From: an uncultured Candidatus Saccharibacteria bacterium
GTDB taxonomy: Bacteria; Patescibacteriota; Minisyncoccia; Phycocordibacterales; UBA6899
Direction: 5' to 3'
Assembly: GCA_964469335.1 (NCBI GenBank)
Contig: CAYXYK010000002.1
Coordinates: 16,660-80,659 of the forward strand
DNA length: 64,000 bases
In this document: piece by piece, positions 17,542 through 25,830 of the stretch
Layout: each line of letters opens with the position of its first letter
How positions within the stretch are numbered: the stretch's first letter is position 1
Made by a program: the position numbers and the translations under genes
The notes under the pieces: generated by a model
What the model was told of the DNA's origin: nothing
The model's input: the letters and a program-made list of their open reading frames with translations, nothing else
The model's database searches: none

Positions 17542-18297
17542 GTGAAGAACTATAACTTTGCGTACAAATATCATATTTCTTTTAGAATCTCGCACCCAAC
17601 GCGTGACTTAACTGAAGTATCAAGTAAATTACTTGAAATCGAAGGTTTAGAACTTGGTAGAATTTGGAAAGTGGGAGACCAAAGAATAACTCCAAACAAT
17701 AAACCACTTGAGGGGGTATATAAAAATTCATATTGTTACTTCCAATTTGGGGGAGAATGGCAGAGTGCGATACTCGAAAAGGATGACCTCTCAGAAGCAA
17801 TTGAAACATTTATTGATAAGCTTTATCCATATAAGGATATTCTCAAAGAATTAGTCGCTACGGATGGAGGTTTAGATTTTTATATTAGCTGCTCATTTGA
17901 AAGAGGGGCAGGAATGCAATTCTATGATGAACTTATTGCCAAACTAGCGGATTTAAAGATCGGCTTTGGTGTTAATTTCTACCCATCAGATGAAGAAGCA
18001 AAAAGATGGTCTGAAAAAAATAATGCAATCGAGATGCATGTTTCTGAAATAGTTCGCCGGTATGACCTCAGCGGAATTGTTGCTTCGCCGCCATCGGAAC
18101 TTGAGTTGAAGTACGCATACGATTCTGTTATTCAAAATGTTGCGAATTTGATTGAGTCTGGGGTTGACGAAGACAGATTAGGTGAGGAACTCAAAGAGAT
18201 GTTTGAATATTTCACGAGAACTAAAACTGACAAACTCCCTCAAACAGTTGATGGCTACAAGGCGCTTGCCCACGAGCTTTTTCAAATAAAGTGGTAA
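17542..18297 (+). CDS. DUF4279-like N-terminal domain protein with an uncharacterised C-terminal half; AT-rich gene (GTG start predicted).
   Basis: N-terminal 140 aa fit the DUF4279 pattern (ISFRISHPTRDL..LLEIEGLE.GRIWKVGDQR...W..ILEKDD...LDFYISCSFERG). GC is clearly lower than the flanks. TATAAT at 17530-17535 lies 6 nt before the GTG. Confidence 0.5.
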   Translation: MKNYNFAYKYHISFRISHPTRDLTEVSSKLLEIEGLELGRIWKVGDQRITPNNKPLEGVYKNSYCYFQFGGEWQSAILEKDDLSEAIETFIDKLYPYKDILKELVATDGGLDFYISCSFERGAGMQFYDELIAKLADLKIGFGVNFYPSDEEAKRWSEKNNAIEMHVSEIVRRYDLSGIVASPPSELELKYAYDSVIQNVANLIESGVDEDRLGEELKEMFEYFTRTKTDKLPQTVDGYKALAHELFQIKW

Positions 18298-18312
18298 TGT
18301 AAGATAAATAAA

Positions 18313-18993
18313 ATGTCTTTCACTTTAAATACAAAACACCTGCATCATGCCTATCTCGTGGAGGGGGAGAGGGATTTGATCATGCCCGAGGTGCTCGATT
18401 TTCTCTATGCGGAGAAACTGACGGCGGCGAACAGTCCAGATCTCCATATCCTCGAATTCGATTCGATGGGTATCGATGATGCGCATGCGCTGCGGCGCGA
18501 GCAGCAGATGAGGGGGGCAGAGGGGAACAAAAAGTTCTTCATCGTCGCGTTCAATGTGATGACCAGTGAGGCACAGAATGCCCTCCTGAAGACTCTGGAA
18601 GAGCCTACCGAAGACACCCACTTCATTCTTATTACTCGCACCAAAGAGACGCTGATCCCCACTGTTCGCTCTCGCGTGCAGCTGGTCGGCGAGAAGCGAC
18701 TCCTCAAGGGGAGTAAGGTCGGTGATGAATTCCTCGATGCGGATATTCCTGAGCGACTCCTCCGTGTAGAGAAATTCACTAAGGTGAAAGCAGATGATAA
18801 ATCCGAGGCAAAGGATGCTGCGCGCGACTTCCTCTCGCATCTCGAGTCGGCACTCCATGCGCGACTTGCAACCAAGAAAGAGTACGCAACTTCACTAGAG
18901 GATGTCATCACCGCCAAGCGCTATCTCTCAGATCGCGCTCCGTCACTGAAGATTCTTTTGGAGCATCTCGCACTCACCATTCCTCTAAAATAA
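18313..18993 (+). CDS. holB: DNA polymerase III delta-prime-like clamp-loader subunit (short, no P-loop).
   Basis: HAYLVEG..., FFIVAFNVMTSEAQNALLKTLEEP...HFILITRTKETLIPTVRSRVQ (sensor-1/SRC-type motif), no GKT. Confidence 0.6.
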   Translation: MSFTLNTKHLHHAYLVEGERDLIMPEVLDFLYAEKLTAANSPDLHILEFDSMGIDDAHALRREQQMRGAEGNKKFFIVAFNVMTSEAQNALLKTLEEPTEDTHFILITRTKETLIPTVRSRVQLVGEKRLLKGSKVGDEFLDADIPERLLRVEKFTKVKADDKSEAKDAARDFLSHLESALHARLATKKEYATSLEDVITAKRYLSDRAPSLKILLEHLALTIPLK

Positions 18994-19006
18994 AACTTAA
19001 TAAGAA

Positions 19007-19033
19007 AGCCCCCAGTCGTGATGACTGGGGGCT
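19007..19033 (-). terminator. Rho-independent terminator, strong on the minus strand.
   Basis: 11 bp stem agcccccagtc/gactgggggct followed on the minus strand by TTCTTATTAAGTTTTATTTT. Confidence 0.65.
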
Positions 19034-19038
19034 CGGTG

Positions 19039-19194
19039 TTAGTGGCGGTGCTTCTTCTTCGCACGCCGCTTTGTCTTGTGTTCCAAATAGCGATTGGACA
19101 GGCGCTTCACTCCCTCTACGACGTAGTGGGCGAATACCTCTACAATGCAACCACTCAGAACTGCGACGAAGAACTCTTTCAGGTGTTCTTGCAT
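19039..19194 (-). CDS. Small protein (51 aa): amphipathic/hydrophobic helix plus strongly basic C-terminal tail, expressed as its own transcription unit.
   Basis: MQEHLKEFFVAVLSGCIVEVFAHYVVEGVKRLSNRYLEHKTKRRAKKKHRH. Preceded by AAAAGGAGGTATCG-ATG (strong SD), promoter TTGCCA-N17-TATAGT, and a terminator immediately after the stop. Under 60 aa, so absent from the ORF track. Confidence 0.45.
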   Translation of the reverse strand: MQEHLKEFFVAVLSGCIVEVFAHYVVEGVKRLSNRYLEHKTKRRAKKKHRH

Positions 19195-19244
19195 CGATAC
19201 CTCCTTTTGTTTGTTGTTATTGTGCTGGAGCGAACTCCGGTAGA

Positions 19245-19263
19245 ACTATAACATGTATTATTA
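19245..19263 (-). promoter_or_regulatory. Promoter TTGCCA-N17-TATAGT for the 51-aa gene; its -35 shares bases with a plus-strand TTGGCA.
   Basis: Hexamers on the reverse strand at 19258-19263 and 19245-19250. Confidence 0.45.
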
Positions 19264-19343
19264 TACTTGGCAAGTACCTATACAAACCTAAGATATGAGT
19301 GCAGGGAAGTGATATTCTTTTTGCTCGTCGCAACGATGAGCCG

Positions 19344-19380
19344 AAGCCCCGCAACGCGCGGGGCTTCTTTCTTTTGTTTT
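19344..19380 (+). terminator. Strong intrinsic terminator on the plus strand with no annotated upstream plus-strand gene.
   Basis: aagccccgc-aacgc-gcggggctt followed by CTTTCTTTTGTTTT. Confidence 0.6.
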
Positions 19381-19399
19381 AATATGATTTTTCATGTAT

Positions 19400-19431
19400 C
19401 AAAAAGGCCCTGCGCGGATGCGCAGGGCCTT
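19400..19431 (-). terminator. Intrinsic terminator for the minus-strand gene 19440-19976.
   Basis: aggccctgcgc-ggat-gcgcagggcct with a T5 run on the minus strand. Confidence 0.65.
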
Positions 19432-19439
19432 GTCGGTTG

Positions 19440-19976
19440 TCAGAAGATTTCGAGACAGGGGACCATGTTGTTGTAGTACAGTTCGCGATTTGCCGGGCGG
19501 GTCTCCCAGATCCATCGGTCGACCCGATAGGTGAAGTAGAGAAGGACTTCGACTCCCTTCGGGTCGAGCATGCTCGTCCCAAGGATGAAGAAGAACTTCC
19601 TCCAGTCGCGGAAGTCGAGCGACCACTCGAGCGGGAAGTGCTCACGCTTTTCCCAGAGCGAAACGAACGCCGCCATATCGAGAGGGGTGAGTCCTCTCAT
19701 CGCCATACGGCCAAGGCGGTCATCGGTCGTCGTCATGGTCTCATCATCAGCCATACAGGTCGTGATGATGAGATCACGCAGATCGAATCCTTTGATCAGG
19801 GTAGCGTCATAAGGCTGCCGGGACACTCTCCATCCTTTGCCGAAGAATGCTTCTGGGTCGAACTGCTTCGAGCGATCGACCTCTATGAAAAGATGGTCCG
19901 TCGGAATTCCTTCCGCGAGGACCATCCGGTCTCGGTCGCCATGCGCTGCTGCAGTAGACTTTTGCTGATCGAACAT
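19440..19976 (-). CDS. Hypothetical protein (178 aa).
   Basis: Clean ORF with its own terminator, divergent from frr. No motif recognised. Confidence 0.5.
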   Translation of the reverse strand: MFDQQKSTAAAHGDRDRMVLAEGIPTDHLFIEVDRSKQFDPEAFFGKGWRVSRQPYDATLIKGFDLRDLIITTCMADDETMTTTDDRLGRMAMRGLTPLDMAAFVSLWEKREHFPLEWSLDFRDWRKFFFILGTSMLDPKGVEVLLYFTYRVDRWIWETRPANRELYYNNMVPCLEIF

Positions 19977-20104
19977 TGAACTTACTCCTACATGTGAGGG
20001 ACAACTCCGAGACTATATTACCACACATTCCTAGATATTTCAAGGTCTCTCGTATGGCTATGGGATTGAGAATTCACCCGCATTTGCTACACTACAGCCT
20101 ATCT

Positions 20105-20656
20105 ATGACATACGATTTTTCAGATTTCAAAGACCGGATGAAAGAAGTGGAAGAGTGGCTCAAGAAGGAGTTCTCGCAGCTTCGCACTGGTCGCGCCACC
20201 TCGGCGATCCTTGATTCGATCACGGTCGAATCGTACGGCTCACAAACGCCGATCGCACACGTGGGCTCCATCAGTATGGAGGATGCACGTACGTTGCGTA
20301 TCGCTCCGTGGGACAAATCACAAGTGAAGGCAATCGAAGCCGCAATCCAAAAGGCGAATCTCGGACTCTCTGTCGTTTCTGATGACGGAGGACTTCGGGT
20401 GATCTTCCCGGAGCTCACGGGTGAACGACGACAGCAGATCATCAAGCTGATGAAGGACAAGCTCGAAGACGCGCGTATCTCGCTTCGCAAGGAACGAGAG
20501 AATCTTCTTGGTGAATGGAAGAAGATGGAAAAAGAAGGGGAGATGTCGGAAGATGAACACTTCAAGGCGAAAGAGGAATTACAGAAACATGTCGATGAAG
20601 CAAATGGCCGCTTCGACAAGATGGCAGCTCAAAAAGAGACCGAGGTCACTTCTTAG
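20105..20656 (+). CDS. frr: Ribosome recycling factor.
   Basis: Start at MTYDFSDFKDRM. RRF signature LRTGRATSAILDSITVE...LRIAPWDKS. Confidence 0.9.
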   Translation: MTYDFSDFKDRMKEVEEWLKKEFSQLRTGRATSAILDSITVESYGSQTPIAHVGSISMEDARTLRIAPWDKSQVKAIEAAIQKANLGLSVVSDDGGLRVIFPELTGERRQQIIKLMKDKLEDARISLRKERENLLGEWKKMEKEGEMSEDEHFKAKEELQKHVDEANGRFDKMAAQKETEVTS

Positions 20657-20668
20657 TCATACAAAATC

Positions 20669-21754
20669 ATGTCGATACTTCTTTTCATTGCGATACTCCT
20701 TGTTCTGGTACTCGTGCACGAGTTCGGGCACTTCATCGTGGCGAAAATGGCGAAGATCCGTGTCGACGAGTTCGCATTCGGTTTTCCTCCGCGGCTATTC
20801 GCGAAGAAATTCGGTGAGACCACCTATGCCTTCAACCTTCTTCCGCTCGGTGGATATGTGAAGATATACGGCGAAGACCCGAATGAAGTGAAGCGGGAGG
20901 ATGCCGCACGGAGTTTTTCCGCACAGCCGCGCCTCACTCAAGCCGCGGTCATCGTCGCAGGCGTGGTGATGAATATCATACTTGCTTGGGTGCTGATCTC
21001 AGCAACACTCGCGATCGGGATCGCCGCTCCGGAGGACAATGATGAAGGTTTTCCGGTCACGAATGCGCGCTTGATGATCACCGAAGTCTCCGCAAAGGGA
21101 CCTGCGGATATCTCAGGTATCGTCGGCGGTGATTACCTTCTTTCACTGGAGGACGGTGCGGATAAGGTCGAAGCGACCTCCCCCGAGGCAGTCTCCGGCT
21201 TCATCGGTCCGCGTGAGGCGAAGCCGATCACGGTCACCTACGAACATCTTGGTGAGATAAAGAAGGCGACCATGCTACCGGTCTCGGGAATCTCCGAGAA
21301 GGGGGCCGCGATAGGTATCTATATGGATATGGTCGGTATGCTCAAACTTCCCATCGACCAGGCGCTCTATCACGGCGCGATAAAGACTTGGCAGTATACC
21401 GAACTCACCGCAGTCGGTATTTGGAAGTTCCTTTCGGAAGCTATCGTGGGTAATGCGAACTATGACGAAGTGACCGGCCCCGTCGGTATCGTCAAAGCAG
21501 TCGGTGCCGCTTCCTCAGTCGGGTTCGCAAACGTTCTGCTCTTCACTGCACTCATCTCGATCAATCTCGCGATCATCAATATCATCCCGTTCCCGGCACT
21601 CGACGGCGGGAGACTCCTCTTCATTGCCATCGAAAGTATCATGCGCCGCTCGATACCGACCAGAGTCGCGAACTACGTGAACGTGGGAGGGTTCGCACTC
21701 CTGATGCTCCTTATGTTGTTGGTAACCTATCACGACATTGCAAAACTCATCTAA
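20669..21754 (+). CDS. rseP: RIP zinc metalloprotease RseP (site-2 protease, M50).
   Basis: HEFGHFIVAK (HExxH) in TM1, PDZ-like middle region, C-terminal LDGG motif (PFPALDGGRLLF). Confidence 0.85.
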   Translation: MSILLFIAILLVLVLVHEFGHFIVAKMAKIRVDEFAFGFPPRLFAKKFGETTYAFNLLPLGGYVKIYGEDPNEVKREDAARSFSAQPRLTQAAVIVAGVVMNIILAWVLISATLAIGIAAPEDNDEGFPVTNARLMITEVSAKGPADISGIVGGDYLLSLEDGADKVEATSPEAVSGFIGPREAKPITVTYEHLGEIKKATMLPVSGISEKGAAIGIYMDMVGMLKLPIDQALYHGAIKTWQYTELTAVGIWKFLSEAIVGNANYDEVTGPVGIVKAVGAASSVGFANVLLFTALISINLAIINIIPFPALDGGRLLFIAIESIMRRSIPTRVANYVNVGGFALLMLLMLLVTYHDIAKLI

Positions 21755-21763
21755 TTAACTCTT

Positions 21764-23014
21764 ATGCGACAATCACAACTATTCACAAAGACCAGAAGGG
21801 AAGCGCCAAAGGATGAGGTGTCGAAGAATGCCCAGCTCCTCTTGCGTGCAGGGTACATTTACAAAGAAATGGCGGGTGCATATGTGTTTCTCCCGCTCGG
21901 ACTCAAGGTATTCAACAATGTCATGCAGCTCATCCGCGAAGAGATGAATGCGATCGGCGGGCAAGAACTCTTGATGACTTCACTGCAAGATAAAGCAGTA
22001 TGGGAAAAGACCGATCGTTGGAATGATGATGTGGTCGACAATTGGTTCAAGACAAAACTCAAAACTGGCGTCGAGGTCGGTCTTGGCTTCACACACGAAG
22101 AGCCGCTCACCAATCTGATGCGTGAGTATATCAGTTCATTCCGTGACCTTCCTTTCTCCGCATATCAATTCCAGACCAAGTTCAGAAATGAGACCCGTGC
22201 AAAGAGCGGGATCATGCGGGGTAGGGAATTCGTCATGAAGGACCTCTACTCATTCTCGCGCTCACAAAAAGAACACGATGAATTCTATGAGAAGGCGAAA
22301 CAAGCGTACGTGCGCGTATTCGAACGTGCGGGTCTTGGTGAGGTGACCTATGTTACGTTCGCTTCAGGTGGAACCTTTTCCAAATATTCTCATGAATTCC
22401 AGACCATCACTGATGCGGGTGAGGATGTCATTTATATCGACAAGGAAAAAAATATCGCCATCAATAAGGAAGTCTACAATGACGAAGTGCTCAAGGATCT
22501 CGGCGTGGATAAGTCGAAAGTCATCGAAGCCAAGGCGGTCGAAGTCGGCAACATCTTCGGGCTCGGCACCAAATTCTCCGATGCATTCGACCTCAATTAT
22601 CTCGATGAAAAAGGTGAGAAACAGCGTGTGGTGATGGGTTCCTACGGTATCGGCCCGGCACGGTTGATGGGCACCGTCGTTGAAGTGCTCTCTGACGAGA
22701 AGGGAATCGTCTGGCCAATCTCCATTGCACCGTTCCGTTATCATCTTGTTTCGCTCGCACCCGAGGACGAAGAGGTGAAGAAACTCGGCGAAGAGATCTA
22801 CTACGCGCTGACCGAGAAAGGGATCGAAGTGCTCTATGATGACCGCGTCGGGCCGTCCGCGGGAGAGAAATTCAACGACAGCGATCTCCTTGGTGTTCCG
22901 ACCCGCATCGTCGTTTCAAAGAAAGTCATCGAGAAAGGGATGCTCGAAGTCAAGGATCGAAAGAGCGGGGAAGTAACTTCCATGACAAAGAGTGAGCTAT
23001 TGGGCCAAGCATAG
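21764..23014 (+). CDS. proS: Prolyl-tRNA synthetase (short form without insertion/editing domain).
   Basis: Class II motifs (FRNE.RAKSGIMRGREF; GSYGIG), C-terminal anticodon-binding domain. Confidence 0.8.
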   Translation: MRQSQLFTKTRREAPKDEVSKNAQLLLRAGYIYKEMAGAYVFLPLGLKVFNNVMQLIREEMNAIGGQELLMTSLQDKAVWEKTDRWNDDVVDNWFKTKLKTGVEVGLGFTHEEPLTNLMREYISSFRDLPFSAYQFQTKFRNETRAKSGIMRGREFVMKDLYSFSRSQKEHDEFYEKAKQAYVRVFERAGLGEVTYVTFASGGTFSKYSHEFQTITDAGEDVIYIDKEKNIAINKEVYNDEVLKDLGVDKSKVIEAKAVEVGNIFGLGTKFSDAFDLNYLDEKGEKQRVVMGSYGIGPARLMGTVVEVLSDEKGIVWPISIAPFRYHLVSLAPEDEEVKKLGEEIYYALTEKGIEVLYDDRVGPSAGEKFNDSDLLGVPTRIVVSKKVIEKGMLEVKDRKSGEVTSMTKSELLGQA

Positions 23015-23055
23015 ATGCTGACAAAAAAAGTATGACCCGTCACAAGTGTGGCGGG

Positions 23056-23352
23056 TCATTTGATAAACATGTGTTTTCTGTTGAAGTCCTTGATTGAGAA
23101 GATCCGCGAGTTCTGTTCAACACAGACGATGACGGAGTTGATGGGCGTTGCACGGATTCCAAGTGCCGCGAGCTGGTCACGGTGGTAATCGAAAGCCCAG
23201 CGAAGCACTTCGAGTAGCGTTCCCCTTCCTGGCCTTACGCTGCGATTAATCAGCTTCCCGAATTTCCCGGGCAGTGTTTCGTCCGTAATCAGCACGTGAC
23301 AGTAGTCGAGCTCACCGTCAAAATGCTTGAGAAAAATACTCATAGTGGACAC
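23056..23352 (-). CDS. Hypothetical protein (98 aa).
   Basis: ORF on the opposite strand between proS and mreB2; no motif. Confidence 0.35.
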   Translation of the reverse strand: MSTMSIFLKHFDGELDYCHVLITDETLPGKFGKLINRSVRPGRGTLLEVLRWAFDYHRDQLAALGIRATPINSVIVCVEQNSRIFSIKDFNRKHMFIK

Positions 23353-23473
23353 AGAGACCCCCTTTCTGGGTGCAGTTCATTTCTGATTTCATGTTGGCAC
23401 AAAAAGGCAATCTGTCAATAAATCGCAGTATTTTGACTAGAACTGACCTGTACCATAGAATGGGGAACACCTT

Positions 23474-24523
23474 ATGTTCGAGAGATTCTATAACATGCTC
23501 GGCAGCGACATTGGCATCGACCTTGGTACCGCAAATACCCTTGTGTATCTTCGCGACCACGGCATCATCATCAATGAGCCGTCCGTTGTGGCACTCAACC
23601 AGAAGACCAACCGCGTCGTCGCAGTCGGTATGGACGCAAAGCAGATGCTTGGGCGCACTCCGGGACACGTCGTCGCGATCCGCCCCCTAGTCGACGGAGT
23701 CATCTCAGACTTCGAAGTGACCGAAGAGATGCTCGCACACTTCATCAACAAAGCAGTGAAGATGTCCAAAAAGCAGGGTAGACCGCGGGTCGTCGTCGGG
23801 GTACCTTCCTCCATCACCAACGTCGAGACCCGAGCGGTACGCGACGCGGCAATGAATGCGGGTGCACGAGAAGTGTATATCGTCGAAGAGCCGATGGCGG
23901 CCGCAATTGGTATCCGCCTTCCAGTGAAAGAACCGGTCGGCTCGATGATCATCGACATCGGCGGCGGTACCACCGACATCGCAGTCATATCACTCGGGGG
24001 CATCGTCAATTCGAAGAACCTCAAGATCGCAGGAGACCGTTTCAATTCGGATATCATTTCCTACATCCGCGACGAGTTCAAGATCCTGATCGGCGAGCGT
24101 ACTGCAGAGAATGTGAAGATCGCGATCGGCTCGGCGATGAAGCCGAAAGAACCGATGGAGGCAGCAATCCGTGGACGAGACCTTTTGACCGGTCTCCCTC
24201 GCGAAGTCATCGTTACTGATGCGGACATCCGCGAGGCACTCCTTTCGTCGATCCAGGTGCTCGTAGAATCCACCAAAGAGGTACTCGAAACGACACCCCC
24301 GGAGATCCTTTCAGACGTGATGAATCGCGGTATCGTCCTTGTCGGCGGCGGCGCGCTCATCATCGGACTTCCAGAACTTTTGGCACAAACTCTCAAGATA
24401 CCGGTTACTACCAGTGACGACCCGCTGACGGCGGTCGCGCGCGGGACGGGGATCGTGATCGAGAACATCGATGATTTCAAAGAAGTGCTCATCGAACACG
24501 ACAACGAACTCCCACCGCGGTAG
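23474..24523 (+). CDS. mreB: Rod shape-determining actin homolog MreB (paralog 2, ~50% identity to paralog 1 by eye).
   Basis: GIDLGTANTLVY, DIGGGTTDIAVISLGG, LVGGGALI. Confidence 0.9.
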   Translation: MFERFYNMLGSDIGIDLGTANTLVYLRDHGIIINEPSVVALNQKTNRVVAVGMDAKQMLGRTPGHVVAIRPLVDGVISDFEVTEEMLAHFINKAVKMSKKQGRPRVVVGVPSSITNVETRAVRDAAMNAGAREVYIVEEPMAAAIGIRLPVKEPVGSMIIDIGGGTTDIAVISLGGIVNSKNLKIAGDRFNSDIISYIRDEFKILIGERTAENVKIAIGSAMKPKEPMEAAIRGRDLLTGLPREVIVTDADIREALLSSIQVLVESTKEVLETTPPEILSDVMNRGIVLVGGGALIIGLPELLAQTLKIPVTTSDDPLTAVARGTGIVIENIDDFKEVLIEHDNELPPR

Positions 24524-24696
24524 TCATTTGAAATTTGCGCTCTGCTCGACTTTCCTTCGGCAGGTTTGGAAGCGGTACCACTTAGTACAGCTTCTCAAAC
24601 ACTACCTCTGTCCAAGTCTTCGCATTGCATCAAATTTCAAAAGACTACAGATGATGTCGAAAAAGAAAATAAAAATCTGTAGTATATTTAAATCAT

Positions 24697-25524
24697 ATGA
24701 TCACCAGTTGGAGACATGATGAACAAAAGAAAAAGAAGCGCAGGAAGATACTCGGTGTCATTCTGCTTGTCTCTCTTCTCCTTCTGTCGCTACGCGGTCC
24801 GGTAGCGAATACGCTAGGCGGACTGTTCGCCCTTATCGGTCGTCCGTTCTGGTTCATCCGTGACACGGTGGTGACGAAATACGATGCGGTAGCGACCGCG
24901 CTCTCTTCGAAAGCAGCACTCGAAGCAGAGAACGACTATCTCAAGGAAGTGCTCGATGAGATATCACTCGAAGCATATTCACGTGACCAGCTTCGCAAGG
25001 AGAACGATGACCTCAAGGCGATGCTCGGGCGGGAAGGAGAATATACCTACACCCTCGGGCGCATTCTCTCCGCACCCCCGGTCTCACCGTACGATACGCT
25101 CCTCATTGATGCGGGAGAGGAGCAAGGGGTCTTCGTCGGCATGGAGGCATTCTCACAAGGGGACTTCAAGGTGGGAGAGGTCTCGCGCGTATGGGGGCGT
25201 ACCTCACTCGTTTCGCTCTATTCCACTCCGAACACCCAGCTCTCGGTCACGATAGGGTCAAGTTCGATCCCCGCCGTCGCATGGGGACTTGGCGGCGGCA
25301 ATCTTCGCGTGATACTTCCTCGCGGTGTTGCGGTAAAGCAGGGAGACATCATTGCTATTCCCGCACTCTCACCAGAGTATGCGGGTACCGTAGATGCGAT
25401 CGACCGTCCGGAAGGGAGCTCGCTTGAAGCGATATATATCAGGCTGCCCTTCGATGTCTATAAAGAAAAGTGGGTCTACCTTGCTACCCCGAAAGTTGCA
25501 TCGAAAGAAAAAGCAAGACTATAG
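24697..25524 (+). CDS. mreC: Rod shape-determining protein MreC.
   Basis: Basic N-terminus plus TM, coiled-coil (ENDYLKEVLDEI...LRKENDDLK), beta-barrel region GDIIAIP. Position directly after mreB. Confidence 0.75.
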   Translation: MITSWRHDEQKKKKRRKILGVILLVSLLLLSLRGPVANTLGGLFALIGRPFWFIRDTVVTKYDAVATALSSKAALEAENDYLKEVLDEISLEAYSRDQLRKENDDLKAMLGREGEYTYTLGRILSAPPVSPYDTLLIDAGEEQGVFVGMEAFSQGDFKVGEVSRVWGRTSLVSLYSTPNTQLSVTIGSSSIPAVAWGLGGGNLRVILPRGVAVKQGDIIAIPALSPEYAGTVDAIDRPEGSSLEAIYIRLPFDVYKEKWVYLATPKVASKEKARL

Positions 25525-25533
25525 TCGCTCGCC

Positions 25534-25812
25534 ATGAATACTCTCATAGCAAAAAGAATAGGACTTGCGTTCGCACTGCTTGCCGGGGTGTTCCTTCTCC
25601 CATATTGGCTGATGATCTTCATCGCTGCTGTCTGTGCCGTGTTCATACCGTATTACTTCGAATTCATCGCACTTGTTGTCGTCGAAGAGATGCTCTATCA
25701 CTCCGGGTCGGTAATGGGGACGTCGCTATGGTACCCGATTTCTCTGTTCGCGTTCTTCATCCTCCTGGAAGCAGGACGCAGCCTCACCCGAGAACGCTTC
25801 CTGCGCATTTAA
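25534..25812 (+). CDS. Small membrane protein, putative MreD-like.
   Basis: 92 aa, 2-3 TM helices, located between mreC and mrdA. Confidence 0.4.
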   Translation: MNTLIAKRIGLAFALLAGVFLLPYWLMIFIAAVCAVFIPYYFEFIALVVVEEMLYHSGSVMGTSLWYPISLFAFFILLEAGRSLTRERFLRI

Positions 25813-25830
25813 TGTTAGAATAGCAATCTT

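Noticed and set aside
19267-19476. 69-aa plus-strand ORF spanning two terminator hairpins.
   Set aside because: It reads straight through two GC-rich stem-loops and has no RBS. The region is better explained as promoters and terminators, possibly with an sRNA.
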